This document shows, in pieces, positions 39,654-51,799 of a stretch of 64,000 nt of DNA. Position 1 is the stretch's first letter. Every line of letters starts with the position of its first letter. The translations under genes were made by a program, and so were the position numbers. Under the pieces are notes generated by a model. The model worked only from the letters and a program-made list of their open reading frames with translations, was not told where the DNA came from and made no database searches. The stretch is from Squalus acanthias (lineage: Eukaryota): assembly GCA_030390025.1 (NCBI GenBank), contig CM059432.1:117616001-117680000 (forward strand), given 5' to 3'.

Positions 39654-41250
39654 GCACTAGTAGTGGCTGGACTTGGGGTCTTTGGGCCTCCTCTTGGGGA
39701 GCGGTTAGAGGAAGGATCGGGGGGTTGGAGGAAGGATTGGCCAACCAATGTTGCAGCAGGGGCTTGAAGCAGGCGTTCGGCCCCTTATTTCCATATGCAA
39801 AGGGCACAACGCCTGCTTCAGGCATAGGTAAAGGACGCCTCTTGTTTGTTCTTACCCAATATGGCGGGTGGCGCACTTCCAGTCGGAAGTATGCGCACGC
39901 TTCTTGCCCTCCGTTTTGGGTCCTTAGGTGTCAGAGTCAGATTTGGAACAATAGGGCAGGTGGATGTTCCACTCTGCTGCAGATCCATTAGAATTCAACC
40001 AAAGTGGAAAATCCAGCCTGACAGGTCTAAGGAAGCTCCTGCACATGATGTCCAAGACCTCTAAAATCAGACATTTGGTCCGACTAGCCTAATTCAACAA
40101 GGCATGTAACATCACTGAATAAGCCCTCGACTGTATTGTAACATTTATATTTTAATGAAAAAACAATATTTTTTAAACAAGTATATCAATTCAGATGAGA
40201 CCGCAGGGACTCAGCAGCCCAAAGGTTTGAAACTAAAGGAACAATCATTGTAAGAGGCGATGTTACTGCATTAAATGTATGGATGGATCAAAGGCTGTGT
40301 TTTTTCATTTACTTTTTGTGCCCTTTGTTGATCCCTTGTCAATTCCTGACACACAGTTTCCTTTTATAAAATAAATGAAAGCCCCCTAACTTGACAAGTG
40401 GTTGTACAGGGAACACAATAACTGGATGATCGCAACACTGAAGTGCAAGAAGGTGGTGAAAGAGAATAGAAGTTTGCCACTAAAGACTGAAGGTTAAAAT
40501 ATAATAGAAGGGAACCAGTGAAGAATGAAATGAAATGAAGTGTTGCCACAGTCTTCACAATCGTGGCCTGACAGCTCCCTTCCTACAGTTCTCCTTGGGT
40601 ACTGGAACATGATCTCAAAGTGGCTGTGATCATCATGCTGAAACACCCTGCAGATGACACGGCTCAAACAAAGCAATTAGACGTGAACCCACTGAGGAAT
40701 CTGTTAGTATTTCTGCAGGCAAATATACACAAGTGCCCAATTATAGTAGGCTAGACAGACAATACCGTGATTACATTTTTAAAAAAATCATTCTATATTC
40801 ATTTTCCAATTTTACACCATGAGAGCTTAACAGATATTCTGTGAGAGAAAACAAATGGATATTTTGAAAGCTGCAAGTGGGAAGATCTTCAGCAGTGTTG
40901 GCACCACTGAATGCCAGTCGATGTTTTCTCCTTCTTTTGTTCCATCTGTTAAAGTAGATTCCAGAAAGTCTAAAATAACACACACAGCAACCACTAAAAT
41001 TAGCATAAAGACAATTGGAATAGAGATTAGTTTCCTATTATAATTAATATACAATGCTACCAGCAGTGAGGTATGTCACAGCCATTTTCAGGGCTGCATT
41101 GCTCTACCTATAAAGGGAAGTATATCTTATTAGGTATCTGTGTTAACCTTACCCAGATAATATGGAAGATGCAGACTGGCCCTGCAACTGGTTCCTCCTT
41201 GTCCACTGATGTGGTGGCTGGCTGGTCCTGCCCAATTTCTGGCACATGTA

Positions 41251-41447
41251 AAGAAAGAAATAGCCTGCATTTACATAGCGCCTTTCACAACATCGGGATG
41301 TCCCAAAGCACTTTACAGCCAATGAAGTACTTTTGAAGTGTAGTCACTGTTGTAATGTAGGGAAATGCAGCCACCAATTTGCACACAGCAAGCTCCCACA
41401 AACAGCGATGAGATAAATGACCAGATAATCTGGTAATGTTGTTGAGG
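41251..41447 (-). mobile_element. DeuSINE 3' half
   Basis: Matches the family. Confidence 0.88.
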
Positions 41448-42398
41448 ACAAGTACTGTCATTTGAGTGACAGCCTGACTGTTCTTAAGATCTATTCCACT
41501 GGAGGTTCCACATCATAAGTGGGTGTGGTATTGTCCTTTAGAGACAGCAGCTCATCTGTTCCTACTTGCCCTTGGGCAAGTCCACTGATCTAGGAGCAGA
41601 CCTGAAAGCACTAATGAGGTTAATGAAGCCCTGTGTCATGGCTCTCTCCATTGATCTTCCAGCAGGTTGAAGTTAGACACAAGAGCCTGATGTACATTTG
41701 AGTCAAAATTTCTATAATAACAGTGTGAGCGTTCACAAGAGATTCTTTAACTACACTTAGACTCGTCCCATGGAGTTGCTTTGTTCTCCATGGTAGACTA
41801 CAATGCTGATAAATCTTCCCGCATAACTGCAGACATAAGTAGTACACTCCTGCGCAATCGTCGCCAGACCATGCCAAGATGATCGTGCTCAGATGGCAAC
41901 CTTTTATATAAGCAGGCCTCATGAGATTCAAAACCTTAGGCTGTTCAGCGAAGATGGACATGAACTGCCCTCCATCACTTACTCTTCCTCAACTATGTTC
42001 TGTGAATTACTTGGCACTCTTGCCTAAAGCTCACTGCCTAAATTCCCCAGAGTGGATGTACCTGTACGGATACTTGTGACAGGTGAACTGAGTGACCCAG
42101 GGTGCTGAGATGTGCTTGTTGTATCTCACTTACACTTTAGCCTCATTTTTGGGGGATACCCATAGAAACACGAGGGACATATGTTAGAAAGTTGGTTGCT
42201 TGACACTCCTTAAAATAGTACTTATATTCCTACATCTGTGAGCTATGGTGTTATGCTTGAGTGACTGCCTGTGTGACAGTGAGTGAATGAGTGAGTGAGT
42301 GAACGAATGACTGAGTAGAAGAAAAAAACTAACAAGCGCTGTATGGTCCTAGCTTTGGGTTTCTGTGCAGCCAGCAACCTCACCCTCCCCACTCCCGG

Positions 42399-42795
42399 GG
42401 GCTGGATTTTCCGCTTTCCCACTCACACGGTGCGGGAGGACCTGGGAGACGGTGGGAAACCTGGAAGTTCAGGTTTCCTGGCACGCTGACTCCACAGCGT
42501 TCATGCGACGTGAAGGGCGGTTTCTCCGCGTGGAAGTCAGCCTGATTGACAGGCTGGCTTTCAGCGGTGCGGGAAACGCGGACCAGGAAGCTGCAGGACC
42601 AGGTAGGTGCTGGGCACAGGATGGTGGGGTGGGGGGGAAATCCAAGGTTGGGGGAGGGGCTCCCATCCCCTGGGGGTAGGGGGTTCCCATCCCCCCGGGG
42701 GGTGCGATCCCTGACCCCGGGGAGGGCCAGGCTGATGGTGGGGGAGCTTGGGGGCCGGGAGGAAGCACACCTGCTCCTCCCGGCCCACAAGGATT
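42399..42795. mobile_element. Harbinger-type MITE, left arm
   Basis: Starts with the GGGCTGGATTTT terminus. A possible right arm at 46377-46618 ends AAAATTCCGGCCCC. Confidence 0.6.
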
Positions 42796-42799
42796 TCTC

Positions 42800-43893
42800 T
42801 CCGAGGCTGGGGGTAATATAATAGCATGGATAGAGGAATGGTTAACAAACAGAAAACAGAGAGTAGGGATAAATGGATCTTTTTCAGGTTGGCAGGCTGT
42901 AACTAGTGGGGTGCCGCAAGGATCAGTGTTGGGGCCTCAGCTCTTTACAATCTATATTAATGACCTAGATGAAAGGACCGAGTGTAATGTATCCAAGTTT
43001 GCTGATGATACAAAGCTAGGTGGAACAGTAAGCTGTGAGGAGAACACAAAGAGTCTGCAAAGGGATATAGACGGACTAAGTGAGTGGGCAGTAAGGTGGC
43101 AGATGAAGTATAATGTAGGGAAATGTGAGGTTATTCACTTTGGTAGGAAGAATAGAAAAACAGAATATTTTTTAAATGGTGAGAAACTTTCAAATGTTGA
43201 TGTTCAGAGAGATTTGGGTCTCCTTGTGCAAGAAACACAGAAAGCTAGCATGCAGGTACAGCAAGCAATAAGGAAGGCAAATTGCATGTTGGCTTTATTG
43301 CAAGGGGGTTGGAGTATAAGAGTAAGGAAGTCTTGCTACAATTGTACAGGACCACACCTGGAGTACTGTGCCCAGTTTTAGTCTCCTTATCTAAGGAAGG
43401 ATATACTTGCTTTGGAGGCGGTGCAACGAAGGTTCACGAGATTGATTCCTGGGATGAGAGGGCTGTCCTATGATGAGAAATTGTGTAGAATGGGCCTATA
43501 CTCTGGAGTTTAGAAGAATGAGAGGTGATCTCATTGAAACATACAAGATTCTGAAGGGGATTGACAGGGTAGATGCTGAGAGGTTGTTTCCCCTGGCTGG
43601 AGTGTCTAGAACTAGGAGGCATAGTCTCAGGATAAGGATTTAAGACTGAGATGGAAGGAATTTCTTCACTCAGAGAGTTGTGAATCTTTGGAATTCTCTG
43701 CCCCAGAGGGCTTTGAATGCTGAGTCTTTGAGTATATTCAAGGCTGAGATAGATAGATTTTTGGACTCTAGAGGTATCAAGGGATATGGAGATCGGGCGG
43801 TAAAGTGGAGTTGATCAGCCATGATCTTATTGAATGGCGGAGCAGGCTCGAGGGGCCGTATGGCCTACTCCTGCTCTTACTTCTTATGTTCTT
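42800..43893 (+). mobile_element. CR1 LINE, 3' part
   Basis: Reads VPQGSVLGPQLFTIYINDLD...SKFADDTKLGG, and ends with the CR1 tail GGCCTACTCCTGCTCTTACTTCTTATGTTCTT. Confidence 0.96.
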
Positions 43894-44308
43894 AAAGCAT
43901 TGACACATACTTCATCGATAAACTACCCAATTAATGAAACAATCAGAATAGAGTTAAACACACTGGTACCTGTCAGAGGCATTGAAATTGAAGTTGTAAC
44001 GGAGAGTTACATGGGATTTGGATTGGGACAATTGAGGTTAGGGAGAAATAAATATAGTAAGAATTATTCCCAAGATGGATATGAGTAAAAGAGAGATCTG
44101 GAGAATCTTTTAAGTCCATGATTTGTTGATTAGATGTTAAACTGTAGCTTTCTTTACAATGTCTGTTTTCTTTGTCTGCATCATTGTCGCTTGAAATTTA
44201 TGTACTTGGTCGATGTGCTAATGATTGTGAGACTGAATTATAACTTGTAACTGTAATAATTGTGTTTTGTAGGTAACAGAGCGTGGGAAAAGCCAGTATG
44301 AATCCAGT

Positions 44309-44796
44309 ATGAGGTGGTTTTGGTGGTGCCTCCTGTGTCACTACTACCGCAACTATCATGCTTTATGGGTCTAACAGGACCTGTCCAATTAATAGCCCCA
44401 GTTTCTGCTTCACACCACATCTACACACATCCATCAACCAACATGTTTTACTGGGTATCAAAACGTATGCTCAAGTGAAACTGACAGCAACTGAGACACT
44501 TAAGTATGAGCTGCACAATTAGCACAATTGGGTACGACATTCCCCTGTTGTCTGAGGGCTTCAGTGAGCTTGTGATGCGACTGAACTCCTCCCTAAAGCA
44601 TTTTTATGTTTTGGAGCAAGACAACTCGAGAATAGATATTGAAATTGACAGCATAGGGGACGATTCACACTGGTGGGCTATTGGGCTTAATATATCAGCA
44701 CACCCTTATGTTCGTATTATTTCACACGCTCTGGTAGTTCTCCAACTTGTAATGATAGTGTATTTGATATATGTAACCTGTGTAGTAAGACTTTGA
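44309..44796 (+). pseudogene. env-like membrane glycoprotein remnant
   Basis: Three frameshifted pieces: MRWFWWCLLC; CVTTTATIMLYGSNRTCPINSPSFCFTPHLH...; GYDIPLLSEGFSELVMRLNSSLKHFYVLEQDNSRIDIEIDSIGDDSHWWAIGLNISAHPYVRIISHALVVLQLVMIVYLIYVTCVV. These give a Cys cluster, N-glycosylation sequons NRT/NSS/NIS, a helical segment, a WW motif and a TM helix. Confidence 0.65.
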
Positions 44797-45251
44797 TGCA
44801 TAAGCCATTTATGTACTCATGCCTATGACTGACAAATACTCACAAATTAATTCAGCACATCAAAAGAGAAGATCTGAAGCAACATAGAGGAGACCCCAGG
44901 CGGGGTAAAATCAGGAAAGATAGAAGAAACAGAGGATGCCCCAGGCGGCGTAGAATTGGAACAGTGAATTGAACCTGTGTGAGGGGTCAGAGGTTGCTCC
45001 TTCCCCTCAAAGGAGTGGACTGTAAGAAAGAGGGAAATCTTCATTTTTGAGTCTCCCTACTAACTAACTCCCAAATTGAGAGAGCAATAAGTAAATTAGG
45101 AGACCACAAGTGGTCGGAAGTAGCCTACAATGCCAGCCAGCATCCCTGGGCACGAATGGTATCAGTGGGCCAATAACTTAGAACTAGCTAGATTAATCAA
45201 GAGCCAATTATGAGAAGTCAATAAGGATATTTCCTTCTCAAGGTGGGGAAT

Positions 45252-46376
45252 TGTAAGAAATCACGAATTGGAAGAAATTGTGAATTGTAAAAGAAATAAT
45301 GGTTTTATAAAATAAATGGGTTTGCCTAGCTCAGCAGCCAGGATAAGCTGATGACACAGAAGAATTCCAAACATAAGGAGTTGCACAAAGAGCTGAGGTC
45401 GTTTACAAGGGCAGAACGTAGAAACAGGCCTTCATGTAGGCATAGCTAGGTCTGATAAGAGGTCGATTGAGGAGCCTTATGATAAACAAACTATCTAGGA
45501 GAAAGTGCAAGATGTCCTAACAAGAGATAAGCAGAGGGATGACCTTATCAGTCTGGGAGGGTACCTATTCCCCTGTAATTGGACAACTGAATGGGTAACA
45601 AATGATTGATGCGAGGTATCCACCGGCCCTCCGAAATAAGGTATATAAACGGGCAGCCGAAAGGAAAAATAGGCAGAGAGGGGAAGAGCTTCCCCTGGGA
45701 GGCAGAGAGGGGAAGGGCTTCCCCAGGGAGGCAGAGAGGGGAAGGGCTTCCCCGGGGAGGCAGAGAGGGGAAGGGCTTCCCCGGGGTGGCAGAGAGGGGA
45801 AGGGCTTCCCCGGGGTGGCAAAGAGGGGAAGGGCTTCCCCGGGGTGGCATAGAGGGGAAGGGCTTCCCCAGGGAGGCAGAGAGGGGAAGGGCTTCCCCGG
45901 GGAGGCAGAGAGGGGAAGGGCTTCCCCGGGGAGGCAGAGAGGGGAAGGGCTTCCCCAGGGAGGCAGAGAGGGGAAGGGCTTCCCCGGGGAGGCAGAGAGG
46001 GGAAGGGCTTCCCCGGGGTGGCAGAGAGGGGAAGGGCTTCCCCGGGGTGGCAGAGAGGGGAAGGGCTTCCCCGGGGTGGATTCATTCTAGCTTCGACTTA
46101 ACACCTCCGCCAGCCTCGGGATACAACCAAAGAGGAAGAGACCACTGCCACAGGCTGCAGGGATCTATCCGAGACCACCATTCTGCCTCAACGTCCGTCC
46201 GTCCATTCCGGGGCCGGTAAACCGTTCTCATCTGTTATGGGTCGTATGTCTACTATGTCTATCCTGAGTGCGTGTTGTGTTTGATTATATTTGAACTGCC
46301 GCTCCTTAATAAAATGACCCATGACTCCGAAGACGCTTTGGGTAATCTGTGTGTGACCTGTGATCCAACTCTTACA
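45252..46376 (+). mobile_element. 3' LTR
   Basis: TGTAAGA...TCTTACA 7-bp inverted termini directly after the PPT AAGGTGGGGAA. TATA box GTATATAAA at 45641-49 and AATAAA near 46308. Confidence 0.85.
45672..46078. repeat. 29-bp minisatellite, about 14 copies, inside the LTR
   Basis: Unit GGCAGAGAGGGGAAGGGCTTCCCC(A/G)GGG(A/T), period 29. Confidence 0.97.
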
Positions 46377-47509
46377 CCGGGATCCCCGGCCACCTGCAGT
46401 AAAACCTGTAAAGCAGGTTAAAGTAGAGGCTTCAGACCTCATTATAATAGTAAAATTGCCAACCTGCCTCCCGGCAGCAGGTTGACAACCCGCCCCCTCC
46501 ATCCCGCCTGAGTGAAAAGTGAAAGTGGGCGGGTTGGGGTCGGGTTTTACATTTTTACAACTTTCACTCCCCCCACATCGCCAACCCACCCGTTCTTGCC
46601 TCTGAAAATTCCGGCCCCTGTATGTTCTTGGCCCTAATGATTTGTGTGCCACCTCTTTGAAGGGAGTCGTGTCCTTGACATTTCTGGACCTTCCTGAGAT
46701 GTGGGTCTGCTCCCTCCTGTAATGTGCCAACATGTCCTGCAAGGAAGAGTAGTCTTGAGATGTTAGCAGTATTAGAAGCACATGTGGTGAAACCAACTGA
46801 CCAACCTGCATCCAGCATTTATGTAAAGTGCTGAAGTCAATGGAAATGAAAACCGGGCAGTTTCGATAACACAATGCTAGTTTTACACTCGAGTGGCAAG
46901 TTGAAAGTCAACCTCATGATCTTAGGACATAGATTACAAGAAAATTAAATCCTGCAGGCCGTGAAAAATTAATTTTGTGATATGAAATAGGACTATAAAT
47001 TTTAATTTTATTGTACTTCAGCGTATAATATTAGTTGATTTATAAGGAGTAAGTTTTTGACTTCACAATACCCACAGGGATCCTTGTCCACTGGAACCAT
47101 ATATTGAAAGGTCCAGCCCATATTTGGACATATACACTGCATGCTGTATTGCCATTATGCAACATTGGCAAGCAACACTCCTCGGTAACAATACAAAGTC
47201 AGAACGTGACCCCTATGCTGCCAGCCTGTCCAAAGCCTAAGTATTGATTTATAACCTTGAAAGCACAAGTTTCAGAAAACGTGTGCAATGATCTGCAGGT
47301 TTTGTAAACCAGTATTTTTGGTATTTTACTAAACATTAATCTCCCAGTGATGTACATAATAGGAAAACGATAGCATTCTATATTTAAGGATGTTTCCGTT
47401 TGGGGAGAAAGCCTTACAATGTTAAAAAAAAGCAGGTAAAAATCTGACAATGTAAAACAGAATGTGGTCACCATCTTACAATTAACTCCAGCAAATCAAT
47501 AATGATAAT

Positions 47510-48253
47510 GGCCCAGAAATTGATCTCGCTCTGTTCCCGCGGGGGTAAGCCTTTCCCGCGATGTCTCACCTCGCTTATGCTTTTTCTGATCCAGCTCGCA
47601 CGAACTTGATGTTCCAGACATCAGCTGTGCTGGGCTTGCGTATCCCAGCGGCGTAGTGAATTTGTGCGAGCTGTGGGATCACGTGACTCAGTTAGAGCCA
47701 ATGGCAGCACACCATCTTCCATTCATAAGTCTCACAGCATGGCTGTAAGATCTATGAATCTTACACCCCCCCAAAATAACAGCTAAACCTCAATTAAATT
47801 TAAAAAAAAAACCATCACATTAATAAAATAAGTATAGTTAATTAAATTAACCATTTTAAATAAAAAATTAAATTTTTGAAAAAATTTAAAATCTTTTAAA
47901 AAGTTATAAAAATAAACTTACCTGTCTTTAAAGTCTCTAAAAAAGATATACCTGTAAAAAAAAATTCAAAAAAATACTTAATTCACTACTTACCTTCTTA
48001 AAAGCGGGTCTTACTCCTCCTTTTTACATTTCCAAAATCTTCCCTACTTACCTGCGCGTCCAAAGCATGAAGTGCACAGCGTGCGCGCAGCCTGTAGCAC
48101 GCACGCGATGCACCCAGGCCCCGCCCCCTTTTCAGAAGAGCAATTGCCGGTTTTCAGCGCATGCGCAGGGCATGCAGAAAACCGGCAATTGGAGTGGGAA
48201 TACGCGAGAGTACGCAGTGCGTACTCTCGCGTCCCGGGATCAATTTTCGGCCC
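47510..48253. mobile_element. Harbinger-type MITE
   Basis: TIRs GGCCCAGAAATTGATC / GATCAATTTTCGGCCC, flanked by AAT/ATT. AT-rich centre. Confidence 0.8.
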
Positions 48254-48639
48254 ATTATATTCTACCACCACATTTTTAAAAGATGTTAACATGCATTTTG
48301 CTTCTTTTGCTTTTAGCATTTCAGGTTTACAAAATAAACCACAGTAGAAACATGCTTTAAATGTGTTATCACGCATTCTGTGGGAAAATATTTTAATTTG
48401 AGAGAATAAGTATTTTCAGATATAATTTCAATAAAGTTTTAATGTGGATACAAGGCATATACTGTACATAGTTGATACCATTTTAGAGTGTGAGAAAGGA
48501 AAAACACAAATGTTGAAATGACTACATTTTGCTTTTGATAAATATTTCCCTATTTTCATAGAATTATATCTCAATTCCATTTTAATGTAAAATAATGAAG
48601 TAAATTTTAGGATTTTCTGTACAACAATATCCTGGTTGA

Positions 48640-49509
48640 CAGCAGTCAGTGTGGATTCAAAAGGGGAAGGTCCTGCCTGACTAACCTCCTCGATTTCTTT
48701 GAGGTTGTGACAATCTAGGTGGACTGTAGTAAGCCCTATGCCGTGTTGTACCTCAGCTCCCAAAGGCTTTTGGCAAAGTTTCACAGAAAAGGCTATTAAT
48801 TAAATTCAAAGCTGTGGGGATTAAGGATAGCCTCAAGGAATGGATAAGGAACTGTCTGAAGGGTAGGAAACAACAGGTTCCCGTTAGAGGTGTTATGTCA
48901 GTGTGAGAAGTAAGTACTGAGGGAGATACCTAGGGGCTTAGTGCTGGGTCCACTACTGTTTCTAGTTTACATAAATGACCTGGATTCAGAATCTCAATGC
49001 AAAATGATTACATTTGCAGACAATGCCAAGCTAGGAGGGGCAGTGGAACCAGAGGAGGCAGCTCAGAAACTACAGGATAAGTTGGAGAAAATATGGAAGT
49101 GGACAGAACAGTGGCAGATGAAATTTAATGCAGACAAATGTAAAGCTATATATTGGAAGAAAGGATAGTCAAAATACATACTCCATGATTAGTGTTGAAA
49201 TAGCTAAGGATGAAGGTGAATGAGTCCTATGAGTTTTTTTGCAGACTCAACACTAAATGTGTCCAACCAATGCAGAGTAGCAATCAACAAAGCCAATAGA
49301 ATGTTGAATTACATAGCCAACTGTAGGATATAACTCAGAGAAGGTAATGATCAAACTTTATTGCACTCTGGTCAGACCGTACCTTGAATACTGCATCCAG
49401 TTCTGGTTTCCAAGTGACAAATAGACATTCAAGCACTGTAGGCAGTGCCGAGAATAGGTTCATTCCCCAGTGCCAGGAGTCTGAGTTACCAGAAAAGACT
49501 GTAGAAACT
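48640..49509 (+). mobile_element. Old CR1 LINE RT fragment
   Basis: Reads VLGPLLFLVYINDLDS...FADNAKLGG...W..QWQMKFNADKCK. Confidence 0.9.
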
Positions 49510-49510
49510 T

Positions 49511-51692
49511 GGGCCTAGAAATTGCTTATTTTAGCGGCAACCGTTAACGCTGGTTTTGTGGGAAAAAATGGCTGTCGTCTCGCTTCCGGCCACCTCCACG
49601 TAAGAAATGACGGCCGCCATTTTGGTAAGGGTCATAGCGTTGACAGCGGCAGCTCCTGAAATGTAAATGAGCAGATCGTGACATCAATCGGCGTGCAACG
49701 CCTGACTTGACGCCACGACTGCACACTTGGACGTTCTCGCTCACTTTAACGCTGGGTCCGAAGCACGCACTGAAAAGCATGTGTGAAGCAGCCCTGCAGA
49801 GACGCTGTCAACGCTTCTTAAAGGAACACATACATCTTTTAGGTTGGATTAGATTTAATCTTTTGGACTGTTCTTTTAAACATTTTATTGAAATAGTGGC
49901 TTGGTGCAATAGATGTTAAATTTTTTTGAAGTGTTCAGGGCATGCAGGGAGTGCTGCTGGATGCTTGCAAGGCTTCGCATGGTAAACGAAGGCCTCTGAG
50001 AAGACAGAAAATGCTGCAAATACTCAGCAGGTCAGCCAGCATCCGTGGAGAGAGAAACAGAGTTCACGTCTCAGGTCGAGATGCTGCCCAACCTGCTGAG
50101 TATTTCCAGCATTTTCTGCTTTTATTTCAGATTTCCAGCATCCGCTCGCATAGAGAAGAGGAAGACACAGAAGAGGAAGAAGCAGAAGGGGAGGAAGCAG
50201 AAGAAAGGATGCATCTCAGACAGCCCCTTTCTGGCCGGGATATCTGGGATGGAGTCATCCGCCTGCAGTACCAGTGACCACATCCCCAATTCCCCTTTCA
50301 ACATTTGTCCCACACCTCTGTTACTGACCATCACAGCATCCTTTTGGCCACAATGCTGAAATAAAAGCCACCACAAAGCAAACTTTCCAATCCAACTATA
50401 TACATCTATCCATCCAATATGGCATCAAAATATCAACTAATCACCCTTGTGCATTCCCTTAGAGAGTGTCTTGCATCTGCCTTTGCCTATCCTAGTGAAG
50501 TTATGCTGTGCTACCCCAGTGGCTGCAGCATGGCTGGTGGAAGGCTGCTGACTTTCAATGGGGGACACTGCAGGATGGGAGTATCAAATTGAATGACGGT
50601 GTTCCTTCTCCTCCTTCTTCTTCCGTCTCCTCTCCCTCTTCTTGGTCACCCATTGGCTGGGCAGGCTGGATTTCTTGGGTGTGTGAACTGAGGAAGGCAC
50701 AAGGGTAGAGTTGTGGTGAGGGGAGGGCGGGAAAGCAAGAGATACATGCTTACACCATGTGCAGCTTGTAAATTAGAAGATATTGTGGGATAAGGGGGAA
50801 GTGGGATGTGAGAAGGAGGATAACATATGAGGATACCAGCATTTTGTATCCTTTCAGCCCCATCGCTGGCCAAGGGCTCAGCCATGCCCCTGCCAATAAT
50901 GGCCAGCACTGTCTCCTCCAAGGGGGTGAGGTGAAACTAGGAATGTGAAGTGTGTCTCATGATTGTTGCTGGGTGAGTGATGGGGGAGGGGGTCATGCAA
51001 TGAGCAGCGTGTGAGGCTAGTGGTGCAGTTGGTTGGAGATGGCTTTTGATGGTGCATTTACTGACCTTGACCACTGGTCTGAGGTCATGAAGCTTCTTTG
51101 GGCACTGGAGCCAAGTGGTAGGGGTGACACTGCTGGCAGTGATGGCCTCGGTGATCTGGTCCCACATTGTTCTTTCTGGAGGGCCTCCTGGCCTCTGTGG
51201 GTAAAGGACCTCTCTTGCAGTGTTGACCCCCTGGAGTACTGCGTGCGAGATCCTGGGTGACCCTTCCCTAGCTTGTTGAGTCATTTGTGCTAGTGCTGAA
51301 GCACTTTTCCCATATTATATGTGTGGAAGGCAGTTCAGCTTTAAGAGCTGAAGACTGCCATTTGGGAATTATTTTTAATGTTTATTTTTTTTTCAGAAGG
51401 CAGTTGAGATCTAAGGACTAAGAACTGCCTGTTTAAATTTTTTTTAAATTTTAGATGGCCGTTCCCTTTAAGAGATCGACACGGCTTTCTAAAATGACAG
51501 GCTAGCTTTAAGAGAACGCTGCCTCGCTCCGGGGACGCTACGGCCACGCTACATTGGCGTCCTGCTGAGACTACCGCCTGAAACAGAATGTTACACTACA
51601 GGTTTTGTGCTGCGCTAATGTAAATCAGCAGGCAGCACTAAAATACCGGTGCTGCCTGCGCTCTTATTGCAGGCGGCCGTTAACTTCGCCCC
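49511..51692. mobile_element. Internally deleted Harbinger, same family as 18963-21854
   Basis: Left terminus GGGCCTAGAAATT. Minus-strand Myb exon 1 at 51284-51066 (MTQQAREGSPRIS...WDQITEAITASSVTPTTWLQCPKKLHDL) and exon 2 (EETVLAIIGRGMAEPLAS). Intron sequence at 50690-50830 nearly matches 20720-20860. The right end is approximate. Confidence 0.85.
50003..50143. mobile_element. Penelope-derived fold-back element
   Basis: CAGAAAATGCTGCAAATACTCAGCAGGT ... ACCTGCTGAGTATTTCCAGCATTTTCTG inverted repeat, same family as 34312-34408. Confidence 0.7.
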
Positions 51693-51799
51693 GCGGTGGC
51701 ACTGGCTAACTCGATTTTGTAAGCCTTGGGCTTTTCATTCAGGAAAGGAGATGACGACGAGGTGATCTTAACGAGGTAGATAAGATTGCATGCCAAAGC

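Larger units (their letters stand above)
43894..46376 (+). mobile_element. 3' part of an env-bearing LTR retroelement / endogenous retrovirus
   Basis: Splice acceptor (TGTGTTTTGTAG, 44272), env-like ORF remnants, polypurine tract (about 45240-50) and a TG...CA LTR, in the expected order. Confidence 0.7.

Noticed and set aside
40771..41054. Minus-strand exon candidate after TTATTTTAG
   Set aside because: No convincing donor and no recognisable protein similarity.
41620..41961. 113-aa Cys-containing ORF
   Set aside because: Only a faint resemblance to a degraded CR1 ORF1, which cannot be supported without a profile search.
45672..46078. CRISPR-like array of palindromic 29-bp repeats
   Set aside because: The units abut with no unique spacers, there are no cas genes, and the context is a vertebrate LTR. 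It is a minisatellite.
45495..46220. Long repetitive ORFs on both strands
   Set aside because: Artefacts of a stop-free 29-bp tandem repeat.
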